This document shows positions 47,301 through 58,555 of a stretch of DNA of 64,000 bases, piece after piece. The stretch lies in NCBI GenBank assembly GCA_964187785.1, contig OZ076412.1, positions 9,982,001 through 10,046,000 on the forward strand, read 5' to 3'. A program made the position numbers and the translations under genes. Each line of letters begins with the position of its first letter. Position 1 is the stretch's first letter. The DNA comes from Amphiscolops sp. MND2022. Its lineage: Eukaryota. The notes beneath the pieces are model-generated. The model did no database searches. It saw only the letters and a list, made by a program, of their open reading frames with translations, and was not told the origin of the DNA.

Positions 47301-50300
47301 TGTCAGCTTAGAGATTGTTTACTGTAATCAGAGCAAGTACTTGCCATGCAATAAGAGTAATTAGACCGAAATTCAGATTTTTTCGTTTTCTACCCAAAAA
47401 AGGTATTTTTTGAAGTTTTATTCACCGAACTTTTTTTACTTTGTCTTCCCTACTGTCCTCAATGTTCTGCTGATAAAGAGAAGGACAAATGCTAGAAAAT
47501 GGGAAAACAGGAAAATAGGTTTTCTCGAGCTGTACGAATCGCAAATCGATTTTCCCAAAAGCTGCTAACTTGGGTCCACTAGCCGGTGTAGATGCGTTCA
47601 ATGTCATTTTGTTGGCAGTCGCTAACAACGTAGAAGGGCTATATTGTTGATACCCTAGATGAACTTCCATACATTTTATGCAAGAATCTGTCAGATATTT
47701 CACTTCCAAGACTTTCAAAATGTCTAATCTTGCAAGATCTTGCAAGAAATGTCTGAATCTGGGAAGTACCTTGGAACAAAATGCCTGATCTTGGATGTAA
47801 CTTGGAAGAAAATGCTTGATAGCATCTTATTAGCATAGAATTATTTAGTCCGTTCAAAACCTTCGAAACGAGTTGTGGTACAATTTACTGTTAGTCAACT
47901 TTGAGTATAGCCAATAGTATGTATCATTCAGTACTTATCCATGGACAAGGGCAGGTTCCCGATGTATTTGGTACGTCGATAGGAAAAGTGTGGTAAAAAC
48001 AACAATTTCCGAAAATCATGCCAACGCTAATAAAAGATGAACTGCCTCCGTTACTAAATTGATGTCGTTACCAACAAATTACTTACTCTACCGATCTGAA
48101 AAAAACTGAACTGCTTCAGTGAAAAAATAATCAAATATGTTTTTTTCGCAGTACTACTTGCAAAACGAATTTGATCTGAAAAGAAAGGCTCTTGATTGAA
48201 ACATTCAAAAACCAATGGAAGATGAAATAATCATTTGAAATTAACTTCAATCTAATGATTTTCACTGTATTGCTGACAATTCAACCAAAACAAATTCTGA
48301 TGAATGTATTTCAATTTGTATTGCATTGTATTTGATTGATTCATACCGTTTCGATTGTTTTTCAGGGCAAGGCGTTCCACAGAGCTATAGCTATCGTTAA
48401 AAAACTGTTTTTCATGACGGTGGTATCAGTGTCGCAATTGTAAATCAATATCAATGTTAGTTTTAATTATACTATATAGTTTTGTTTATTTAATATCTGC
48501 AACGGCATCAGATGGCGCCCCGCTTAAGGCTCAAAAACAGCAAAAGGACGTCAAAGCGACAAGGATTCTCTTCCACAGTACCCCCCGAAAAACCCAATGG
48601 GGGACCGAAAGGTCGCGCCAGGACCCGCGCTAGGTTTTTTGCGCGAAGTCTTCCTCTTTAGTGAAACGCTAATTATTTTTAGTATGTGAGCCCGGGTCGA
48701 CCTTCCATGGATATCTTAGTAAGATCTTGGCAAGATCTTGGAAAAATCTTAGCTAAGATCTTGCCAAGATATTGGCAAGAATTGCAAGATGTCATGGTAA
48801 GATCTTATCAGGAGAGCCATGTTTCCAAGAAAACTTTTATTGTAAAGTGCTATTTGGAAAGAAAAAAATCTGAAAAGAAGTCAACAAAAATCAACATTTC
48901 TGCAGATTTATATTGTTAGACATTAAAACTTCTGTTAGCAATGTATAAAATTTGATTGAAGAGATATTTATTTAGGAAGGCTGGTTAAATTGTTCTTTCA
49001 ATTGCAAAACTATAGCCAACAACGGCGTCAGAAAAGCATTGAGCTGAATCATTACCGAAATGACCGCCGTTTCTAGCAGTAATAATTTTTTCAGCAGGTT
49101 TAAGCATTTTGATTATGAAAACGAGCAGAAATAGTCGTTGTTGGGTGAAATGAGCCTTTAGATTGAGTCTCGGCTGCTTGTACCGAAGGTATAGTGCTTT
49201 TTTATAATCTTAAAAATTTGTCCATCGTGATAAGATACGATCTTGGAATAAGTTTTATCTTAGTAAGATCTTAATAAGAATCTTGCCATGGGATCCATGG
49301 CTGCCAAGATGTAGTAAGAATTTGGCAAGATCTTGCCAAGACAGCCAAGATGCTAGTAAGAGGGTCAACCCGGGAGGACATAACGTCAAAAATAAGGATA
49401 GTATTGAAAAAAAGTTTTTGGAAGAAATTTTCTGAGAGAACCTAATTTCAGACGAAAAATGAGAAATTTGAACTGGTCACACAATCCCGAAAAATGTAAA
49501 GGGGCCCTTTGGGCTTTTTTAACATCCAATTTGTTGCAAAATACCAAAAAATTGAAGGGGAACCTTTTGCAGACATTAGCAATTTTTCGAAAAACGTCTC
49601 CCAGTGCCGAAAAGATTGATAAGAAACCGTTTAGTCTCGTCCGGTATTGCATGTTACGCTAGAAAAGTAATAACGATTATAGTTCAGTTCCCTGGGCCGA
49701 ATGGTACAATTTGGAATCTTAAAATTTTGTAGAACTTTTGGTAGAACTATTTTGGTCAGTTCGTGTGGATTGAAAAAAAGCCATTATTATAGACACGTTT
49801 CACTTCATGGAGCGTCTACTAAAAATAGGTTCGCTTTCAATTCAAAGTGTCAACTTGGCAGAGCGACAATACAAAAAAAAATCAGATAATCCAGAAAAAG
49901 ATAATAAAAGAAGCATGATTATACTGGGAGTACATTACTTACCCTTGATTGAAGTTCTTTAGGCTCCAAAGGAATGATTTCCAGTATGAAACTCTCAAAT
50001 AGTTCCCAAATTGTGTCTGGTAAAATTATTACGGAAATTGTCTTCGAATTCTCTCCTGCAGCGAACGTGATACCTGCAAAGAAACACCAACTGAAAGAAA
50101 CACCAACTGAATTAATGCACTTGAAAGAAATTCAGCGGATTTTAAAAACAACAAGGGGCAGCCATTCCCATTTAATTCCGCTAAAATGTTTTCACAAATA
50201 GACTTACAGTTCTAATCACTCGAATGCAATGATTCGAACGTAATGATAAAACCAACATCTACAGCCATGATTCTAATGTAATGCCTTTAAAAAACATGAT

Positions 50301-53300
50301 CATGGATAAAAAGAGTCATGATGGTCAACCTGGGTAGAAATTTTTTGTTTGAAAGAATTGCTTTCGCTGACTTTTCCCGTTTTCATTCACAATAAAATAT
50401 TCTAGACTTGAAAAAAAGTTTGCGCCCTTGAAAATACATGTTTTTTTTCATGGAAATTTCGTACAAAAAGACATTAGAATATGGTAAATAAAAACTAAAA
50501 ATTCTAAGTGGAATTATAATAGTACACCTCCTCATATTTATGCAGCCAGACAGTATAAAATGTAAAAACGACGGTGGTTTATAATAGGGAAGGGTAACTA
50601 TTCATGAGAATACGTGCCAACGTTCCATTAAACTCAAATGAAGTATGATCCATATTTTAATTTTATGAACTGCTCGTTCATAAGAAGTCTCAAAAGACAG
50701 GAGAATACTTCCTCCCTCTGCGATAACGTTGGAAGAAAATCTGATACTTTCAGTTGAAACTCTATGACTTCGAAATATTAGCGAGAGGTAATGTGTTCAA
50801 CAATAACATTGGATGAAGAGAAAGTTAAATATGAACAAAATTCAAATATGTTCAAAAATTTAAAAAAACATAGGCACAACTGCCATTGCGCGACGGCTCC
50901 GAGCAGACGATCTCTTCGAGGCTTCAAATTATTCAGCAAGGAAAATTAGATTCCAGCTCGTGTCCTGGGATCATATGATCTTTCATTGTATTATGCCCAA
51001 GCATATACAAATAGCAATGTCAAAATACGCGTAAAATGTTTCTCGCAAAAACACCCAAAGAAATTCCATTTTAATCGCCATTTTTCAACGCCCAGTAATA
51101 AAACCTTCAGCCACTGAAATGAGGTCCTGATACGTCAGCTGACGCCTATGTTTGGCCGGGTTGATGTGGGTTATCAACCGAGAAAAAACAAAATCGGCAC
51201 AAAATTTTTAAATTTTATCAGAAATTCCACATTTCCGAAGCTTAAAAAATCGCTCCAGCGTAAAAAGCTTGGAAAACCTCCAAGAGGGCCCAGAAGTAAT
51301 GGGTTCTAGGGAAGTGCGCCCAAGCACCCCCATTTGCATGGGGTACGTCACAATACACTTTGTTTTGCAAAAAACCCAAAAATTTCCCGATTTTATTCGC
51401 CAATTTCTCAACGACCAATGATCGTATGATAATGAAACATTCATTAGCTTAGAGAAGATATCATCTTGCGTCGGTCGATACTAATTATAAGTCGGTTCGA
51501 TGTCGTTTAGGTTTTAAAATTGAGCAAAATCTAAATTTAGAAAGTTTGTTCCCAAAAAACCCCAAAAAATTTCCGATTTTAACTCGCCATTTTCTCAAGC
51601 CCAATAATTGTAAGATAATGAAACTTTCACGACCTTAAAGAAGACATCTTCTTGCGTCAATTGGTACCTATTTTGTGACCGTTCGATATGGTCCAAGTGG
51701 TAAAATTACGCACAATCGGAAAAAAATCCCTAAATGTTTTCGCAAAAATTGTGTTTTCGAAGCTAATAAAATCGCCCAGGCGGAAAATTTTCGGAACCTT
51801 CTTACATGGCCAGAAAGGGCATTCAGTTGCCGTTCTGTTTTTAAAATTTTGAATTATCTCGGGGAAATAGGCTTGGAGAAAAATAGCCGAAACTTTTACA
51901 TATGCAGATGGATGTCACGTTTTGGCGAAAAAAAACCAAACGCAAACAATAGGGCACCTCGCTTCGCTCGTCGCTTTAAAAACAAACCTGGAACTTGCCG
52001 AACAAGTCGTAAGTAGGCTCAAGAATAGCAAAAGCACTTCAAAGTATTCTTTTACAGTGCCTGAAAAATCCAAATGTTGTATCGAATTGGCGCATCGGGG
52101 GCCCGCTGGCGGGCCCGGCCCGCTAAAAGGGGGGACCTTTTTGGATTTTTTATCATTCATTGCTGCAAAACAAAAAAAATCAAGGGGGGACCCTTTCCGG
52201 AATTTTTTTTTCGAAATAGTCTCACAATGCCGAAAAAACTGTAAAGGGGACCCTTTAGTCTCGCCCGGTATTGTATTTTACGCGGAAAAAAAGTAAAACT
52301 TTCGATTTGACACAATAAAATTTTGTAGAACTTTTAAGAACTATTTTGGTCAGTTCGTGTGGATTGAAAAAAAGAGTCACTATAATAGTCGCATTTCACT
52401 CCATGAAGCGGCGACTAAAAATCGAAGGAGTCAAGTCAATCTTGCTACTTCTTTTTTAACTAGACAAAAAATTAGGGTTTTTTTGTTTTTTTTTTAAAAA
52501 AATTTTTGAACATTTTTGAGCCAGTCATTTTTTCATTTAGCCAGCCGTATCTTCCTCCAGTGTTATTGTTGAACACATTATCTCATCACGTTATATTAAT
52601 AACAAATAATAATAACAATAATAATAATCATTAAATTTGTCTTGGCTGGACAAAGTATACAAATCCGACATTGTTTCACGGAGGTCTGTTACGGCAAAAT
52701 TGACAACATTTTTCAAATTAAGTTTCATGAACAACAAGTGACTTAACTTCAGCTTTTTCCATACCAGCCGCAAGCTTCTGTTGTGTTGTTAAAACGTAAT
52801 AAAAGTTTACAAATTGTTAGAGGAGACTAATTTTTGAAACCTATTTTTTACCAATCTTTTGAATTTTCAGTTTATTTATAACAAGACGCCCGCTATGCAC
52901 TGGGATATTTTCCGCCTTCAATTGAAAGCGAAAATCGAAAATTCACCACCTCCTTGGTAAAACGTCAAAATTCGGATATAGCGTGCTGGGACAAATGGGA
53001 ATGCTTGTTTTCGAACCTCTGCCTCCTCCTTAGTAAAACGCAATAATAAATTTAAAATGGAGTAAAAGTGGATTTTTGGCAGAATTTGAAAAAAACGCAA
53101 CACAGATCATAATTTTCATCCCCCTACAGAATAAATTGTGGGGGCAGAAAATAACAATTTTTATCAGTCACAATATCGTTATAATCTAACGTCGATTGAT
53201 TGGCATGTAGTCAATGTTGGCGACAGCAGAGTCCAGGTCACGTGACACAATATTGACAGTGCAGGATTGGGAGAGGTCACCTGATCTAATCACGTGTAGT

Positions 53301-56300
53301 GTGGCCAGAGATTGGTCCCGATCCTGCTCTTCTATCTCTACTGATTCCTCCTCAAACTCAACGTTGGGAGCTGCAAACAAACACAGTCAAGTCCGGCTAA
53401 TTCGTATCCGGATAATTCGGATGTTTGTTTGATTCGCATGTATCCGAGACCTCCATTTTGCGATCACCAAAGTAAATTCATCCGGTCAAGTCGTATTTTT
53501 CATTATTCGTACCATTTTATTCGGTCCCTGGCGATGCGAACTAGGCGAATTCCACTGTACCTCTCTCTACTGAAATCTTGCAATAAAAGTTATCTCGAAG
53601 AAAGTGCACTTCCGTTGAAAAAGCATCTGAAAGATTGAAAAACTGAAGAAAAATAGATTTCACAACGGTCGAAATTTGAACCTAAGTTAGAAGCGAAATC
53701 ATTAGTAAAATGCATCGTTTTAAAATTTTCGTATACTGATCATAGAATATTCAAACAAAAATGTTTTTATTCAGCGTTAAAAAATTAATTAAGTTTTCAG
53801 TTTTACAGTTTTCATAAATACCATTTCCTAAGAAGGATTTGATCTCCTTTATTCAAGTCCAACTCATTTTTTTACAATCAGGGGTCCAATTCAATCATTA
53901 CAGGATTGTATCATCAAAAATTTCATTTTTGCATGAATAGCGAATGTTTCCGAAACTTTCTGCATTTAGTGAAGAATGTGTAAGAAGTTTGGTGTCAAGT
54001 CTGTTTAAATTTGAAAAATCGCGAGAAAATTCACAATCTACTGAATAACCAACATTATTTGGTTTCATATTTTTCCACCGAAGTAGCCAAGTGATACCCA
54101 GTGTAAAATATCTTGAAACTCTTGCCAAGAATTTTGCAAATTCCTGAAACCCTTGGTAAGAATCTTGGCAAGATTCTTACCAAGAGCGCCAAGAACATGT
54201 ACGATCTTGCAAGATCTTGCCAAGAACTTCAAGAAAAATGCCTAATTTTATCGACTCAAAAAACGCACAAAAAGGGTTTTAGTACACAAAATCTTTCAGG
54301 ACAAATCAAGAATCTTGTCAAGAAATCCAAGAAATGCCAAGAATCTTGTCAAGAAATCCAAGAAAAGCCAAGAATCTTGTCAAGAAATGCAAAAATCTTG
54401 CCAAGAAATCCGGGAGAACCCAAGAACAAGCGGGAAAAAGCAAGAAATTATTGGATGATCATGAATGAAAATTCATGAAAAGGCCCTAATTTTCTTTTAT
54501 AAGAGTGATGCTCCTAAGCACCTATAAAATAGAGTATTGGTGAACTGAAAATAGTATACTGTTTTAGTATACTACAGTTCCACGTCTAAAAAAGACGATA
54601 TGTCAATTGGTACCAAACTTTGCTTTGTATTATTACAACGTTATCAATCTGATTCAACAATTTGGCTCCAAAATCTTTTGAAAAGTTTCCTTGATTTCAT
54701 CTATGATAATTTTCTATATTTCCGCAGGAAAGTTTATTATAAACAAAATTCGTTCCATACGAACGCTTTTGGTTGGTGTTTGATGAAATGCATAAATTAT
54801 CACAGACTTTCTACGTGCAGTTTTCACCTCCCGGATTTCTTGACAAGAATCTTGGCAAGATTCTTGTCAAGAATTTCAAGATTTTTTAACGGTCCAAGAT
54901 AATTCAAGATCTTATCAAGGGTTTCAAGAGATAACGGGAATTTGCGGGAAAATCCAAGATCTTGGCAAGAGTTTCAAGATGTTTTACACTGGGTGTTTTA
55001 TTATCTCTGAGGCTACAGAATTTCTCAAAAACGTTTTGCATAAAGTGAAACCAAGTGAGTTGTATGGAAAATTCAGACGTCCCTTCAACAAAATTATTAC
55101 TTGACATGAGTGTTCAGTTTGAACTTGTTAGTAAAACTAGGTTTTTCTAGAAAATCTTGCAAGAAAATACATTATTCTTTCTTGCAAGAAGTGATATGAA
55201 ATTGCAAGGAGATATGCAAGGAAAGTATCAAACTTTCAAGATATTTGCATGCTTCGACTGAAAATTGTCGAGGTGTCCAAAAAACTTTCCTTGTGTTCGC
55301 TCCGATGAACATCGCCGAATGATCAACTCCGCTGGTCCTTATTCTCACTTACTATCAGAAAAGCGATTCCAGACTTTTAATTCAGATTCTTTTAAAATAG
55401 GATGTCAATAGACAGAAATCTTGCTTAAGTCACCTCGGTTTTGTCAATTTAGTTTTGACTTAATGGAGACAGCTAGAAAGGTACGAAGCTTCACTTATTA
55501 AATGTGAAGAACCCGAAAATGCAAACTCTATAAAGAATTTTAATCTCCAAAAGAGTGGTTTTAGTGATGCAGCCTCGAACTCTATTCTTTGTATGAAAGA
55601 ACCGACATCTGAATCAGTTTTGATGAAATTTGAAAAACAAATAACCCTCTTTTAATTTGCACACGATGAAGACTTTGAAATAAAGCCGAACGAGCCTAAT
55701 TTGATCGTAGGCGTACTTTGTCTTGGAAAAACCGTACAAAACTGGTGAAAATTATCATTTTTGACAATTGGTTGAGCTTTGATTACGTTATCATAACTGT
55801 GATGTCTTATTATGATCAAGATTCTAATTTATCATCTTGCAAGATTCGTGTAGTCTTGCAAGACTGACACCGGCTTGCAAGAAGCTTGCAAGAAACTTGC
55901 AAGAATAAAATACTTTATTTTTAGGAAACTTGCAAGACAAGTGCCAGATTCAATTTCTTCCAAACTAGGGTATGGTATCTAAACAAAGATCATCGTACTA
56001 ATGGATCAATCTATTCCAACATGAGGTTGTTAGTAAACATGGTAAACAAACAACAGGTTGAGTTTTGTCAGTTATGTCTCCTTAGACATTCCGAATAAAT
56101 CGGTTTCGGTTTGACACCGTATAACAATGAGGATTCAAAACTCGCAAAAATGTTAGGAAGACTGCTGTATAATTTTCAAAAATTTCAAAAAACACTGAAT
56201 TCCTTTTTTGTAGTTGCAATATTTAAAAAAGCAAACTTTCCATTAATACTACAGAAAAGGCAGTGTAGTTATTAATTGTTTAGGATTATTATTTAAAAAA

Positions 56301-57923
56301 TAGGCAATATTGCTCACTTAAACTGTAGGTGCTCCAAAATGTTTTTCCGAATTCAGGTCTGAATATTTCTTCCTGAAAACTTACCAGGAAATTCTTTTGA
56401 CCTTTTGCTTAGCAGTGACATAAGCGTACTTTTCTAAATTTTATTAAAAGCTTTTGGCAGGGTATTCCACAGTGCAATTGTTCTCTTGATAAAAAAAGTT
56501 GCAATTTGGTAAGATTCGGTAGATATTTGTGGAATTCAAAGGTCACATTGTCAGCTGACATGTTTGCGAGGAAATTCTTCTCCTTGGAAGAATCTTGGGA
56601 GCAAATGTGTTCCTTACAAGAATCTTTCAAGGAAATTTTTCTCCTTGAAAGAATCTTGCAATTAAAGATATCTCCTTGCAAGATACTTGCGAGATGTCTT
56701 GAAGAAAACTGCATTAACTTGCAAGGTCTTAAGAGAAAATCTTGCAAGATCCTTGTAAGAAATATATTTTTTTCCAGCCAAGGGAACCTAACATAAAGAA
56801 TCGAAGACAGAGAGTTGTTTGCTAACAAACTCTAGTTACTTAGGACTGTCTTTTTATGCTGTTAGATTATGTAATGTTGATTATTGTGATTTGAACAATA
56901 GAATTGAGTTGGAAATACTACTACATACATCTAGTTTAACCTAGATTTAGAGATCCTAGAAATATTAACCATCGTCGTCAAAAACGATGACTTTCATGAC
57001 GTTTGGCTCATCAATGACAGGTGTAGCTGGGTCGTCTTTTGATACTGGTTTGACCGTGGGTCTGAGTTGCACGGACGCAAGGTACTCTTTCTTCACAACT
57101 GTGTACACGTTGTCATCGTGTAGAGAGAAAGTGCAGTATGTCACAGTTTCACCTAGGCAAAAGTTAACATTGTTGGACAGAAGTTAAAACCAGCTAGTGA
57201 CGAATCAGCGGCCGTTTGTTTCAGCGCCCAATTAGTTTGAAAAAGGATTTTTGATAACTTCATAATAAATAACGAAAAATCATACGAATTTGTCGAAAAT
57301 TTTCTATAAATTAATTTCTCTTTAAATCAAAACTCTCCTTAACTTTTTCATTTCAACATAAGTTCCAATTAATCGATCAATGGAAAAACTGCAAGGATGG
57401 CATTCTTAAAATATCACACTGAGTCAAAAGAATGATGAGCCAACGCAACCCTAAATGGAGCTGACAGCTTTGATGTAGGACTGACTTTTCGGAAGAGAAG
57501 TCCGGCGACCTTTATCTCAAGAACAACCAATTCTCAAAACGGACAATGTGAACGCTTGTCATTTCTCGTTTTTCGCATTCACATTTCATTTGGAGTATTC
57601 AACCGTGAAGCAAACAAATATTATCAATTTTTACAAACTGTAAAACAAAACTGGCGGCGATTGGACTCTAAAAACTATTAAAATTTAATCATAGTTATCA
57701 AAATTATGGAAAAAGTAGCGTTACCAAGGATACAAGTTAGGATGTTCACCTGCTTCGATAACTTTGGTCGATGACTCACTGTCGCCCGTAGTTTCCAAGA
57801 AAGAAAGATGACAAACTACTTGCACACTGATCGACACATCTCCCCGTCGCAAAACCGGCAACCACAGAGTCCCGTTGCTTTCTTCAACATTTATATTGTT
57901 GTACGCGAAAGATATGCGGGTAC
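31533..57923 (-). CDS. FREM2: FRAS1/FREM2 (ECM3)-like extracellular matrix protein, 3' part (last two Calx-beta domains, conserved C-terminal domain, TM helix, cytoplasmic tail); 5' exons further right or outside the window
   Basis: 11 GT-AG exons with compatible phases: 57923-57750, 57152-56970, 53370-53191, 50073-49943, 44975-44814, 43259-42989, 39946-39215, 38892-38666, 38093-37832, 33922-33756, 32345-31533. Motifs LTFPQSPRV, IFFKPGDQIQC, YGNLDYKTCNW, IYICRGQNGYVP and STEPLF match the family. FREM2 versus FRAS1 orthology is tentative. Confidence 0.85.
32349..33292 (+). mobile_element. Non-autonomous Helentron/DINE-1-like element with internal ~180 bp tandem repeats (copy 2)
   Basis: subTIR TATTTTCCGCC (32375) / GGCGGAAAATA (33278); hairpin CCCATAT..ATATGGG (33263-33279); 3-4 tandem units starting near 32441, 32638, 32814 and 32989. 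Confidence 0.6.
33756..33922 (-). CDS. FREM-like exon
   Basis: TTCAG|GA DRVLMEV..IYICRGQNGYVPQHDP..FGC..RFVLM|GTAAGC. Confidence 0.88.
34005..34480. repeat. Foldback-type element with modular inverted arms
   Basis: Several GCGACAATTCGTCCC-type units on the left; GGGACGAATTGTCGC-type units on the right. Confidence 0.7.
34748..34793. repeat. 16-bp tandem repeat x~3
   Basis: (AGTTTCACCCTATAGG)n. Confidence 0.9.
36444..37187. mobile_element. CCC..GGG-terminated MITE (CMC/EnSpm-like)
   Basis: CCCTGGTT..AACCAGGG with imperfect ~45 bp TIR; CTTGCAAG subterminal repeats; flanking TG/TG 2-bp duplication. Confidence 0.7.
37832..38093 (-). CDS. FREM-like exon
   Basis: TTTCAG|SPERAPLFNGRVSVPLIAC..CDPLDEVLF..YYKG|GTTAAC. 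Confidence 0.85.
38666..38892 (-). CDS. FREM-like exon
   Basis: TTTCAG|..LLVHFTTKALF..KQWVLSISQTK|GTAAGA. Confidence 0.82.
39215..39946 (-). CDS. FREM-like exon (732 nt)
   Basis: TTTCAG|..YGNLDYKTCNWNY..QLFKKCG..LYP|GTATCC. Confidence 0.88.
40743..40871. repeat. Hairpin / small inverted repeat (~55 bp arms)
   Basis: TTCAAGTGATAAC..GAACAACGAAG.GATCAAAAACATTT / AAATGTTTTTGATC.CTTCGTTGTTC..GTTATCACTTGAA. Confidence 0.85.
41752..42792. repeat. Foldback-type element with modular inverted arms
   Basis: GACAACTCATATC units on the left; GATATGAGTTGTC units on the right. Confidence 0.7.
42989..43259 (-). CDS. FREM-like exon
   Basis: TTCAG|GCD..MYIWRI..LEPIFFKPGDQIQCSTTAVGTNGQQG|GTGTGG. Confidence 0.88.
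44814..44975 (-). CDS. FREM-like exon
   Basis: TTTCAG|KNTSKIFI..LTFPQSPRVIPL..GVPLICLS|GTCGGT. Confidence 0.82.
48691..49374 (+). mobile_element. CCCGGG-terminated MITE (CMC/EnSpm-like), copy 1
   Basis: CCCGGGTCGACC..GGTCAACCCGGG; CAAGATCTTG subterminal arrays; AG/AG 2-bp flanks; reverse-oriented copy at 61054-62045. Confidence 0.8.
49390..49830. repeat. Dispersed repeat family; other copies ~45830-46070, ~52100-52430, degenerate ~63050-63370
   Basis: Shared TTAGTCTCG.CCGGT..TTTTGTAGAACTTTT..AGAACT.TTTGGTCAGTTCGTGTGGATTGAAAAAA..CGC.TTTCACT.CATG. Confidence 0.8.
49943..50073 (-). CDS. FREM-like exon (Calx-beta second half)
   Basis: TTGCAG|ITFAAGENSKTISVIILPDTIWELFESFILEI..|GTAAGT. Confidence 0.85.
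52880..53153 (+). mobile_element. Non-autonomous Helentron/DINE-1-like element (copy 3)
   Basis: Same 5' and 3' termini as 28952-29322. Confidence 0.55.
53191..53370 (-). CDS. FREM-like exon (Calx-beta first half)
   Basis: TTGCAG|PNVEFEEESVEIEE..VIRSGDLSQSCTV..SAVANIDYMPI|GTTAGA. Confidence 0.88.
54097..54993. mobile_element. CCC..GGG-terminated MITE with CAAGAA(T/A)C arrays
   Basis: Perfect 12-bp TIR CCCAGTGTAAAA / TTTTACACTGGG; flanks TA/TG. Confidence 0.75.
56970..57152 (-). CDS. FREM-like exon (Calx-beta second half)
   Basis: CCTAG|GETVTYCTFSLHDDNVY..VIVFDDD|GTTAAT. Confidence 0.82.
57750..57923 (-). CDS. FREM-like exon (Calx-beta first half)
   Basis: TTTCAG|TRISFAYNNINVEESNGTLWLPVLRRGDVS..; donor at 57750 or alternative GTGAGT at 57780 (same phase). 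Confidence 0.82.
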
Positions 57924-58555
57924 CTGAAAAATCAGTTCACTGTCATTTCACCCCACATTCAATTCACCTCATGGTCGTATCACCCCACATTCATTTCACC
58001 CCATGGTCGTATCACCCCACAGTCATTTTACCCTAAGGTCGTATCACCTCACATTCATTTCGACCCACATTCTTTTCACCCCACGTTCATTTCACCCCAC
58101 ATCATTTCACCCCACATTCATTTCACACCACATTCATTTCACGCCACATTCATTTCACCAGAAACTATTTCACCCCATTTTCATTTCATTTTATGTTCAT
58201 TTCGTCCCATGTTTATTTCACCCCGAATTCATTTCAGTCCAAGTTCATTTCACCCTACATCATCAGATTAATCACTACTGTCACACAATTTAAAGCTTAG
58301 CGCCAAAAGAAGAGCGTCTTGAATGTAATTAGCAATTAGATAATCAAACTAAGATAATCAAATAAGATAATGCTATCATATTACCAGACGGTCAAACTAC
58401 CAGACGGTCAAATTACCAGACGGTTAAAACAAATACCAGTTGAATTAGTTCCATTTGATTTTATCACTAAAATGATTTCAGTGCTTTCAGAATCGAAAGT
58501 GTCGCAATAATTAGTTAATGATGAAACTCATGTGAAGAAAGGGACCATTTACTAG

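Noticed and set aside
54113-56828. ORFs rich in K/N/L/A/R/S/C/Q (also 32681-33157, 36365-37274, 48686-48919, 58003-58293)
   Set aside because: Translations of CAAGATCTTG, tandem or ATTTCACCCC repeats; not genes.
58279-58555. Alternative solo-LTR start TGTCACAC with near-TSD ACTAC
   Set aside because: Imperfect TSD, and it would put one arm of the enclosing foldback inside the LTR; 58556 has a perfect ACTAG TSD.
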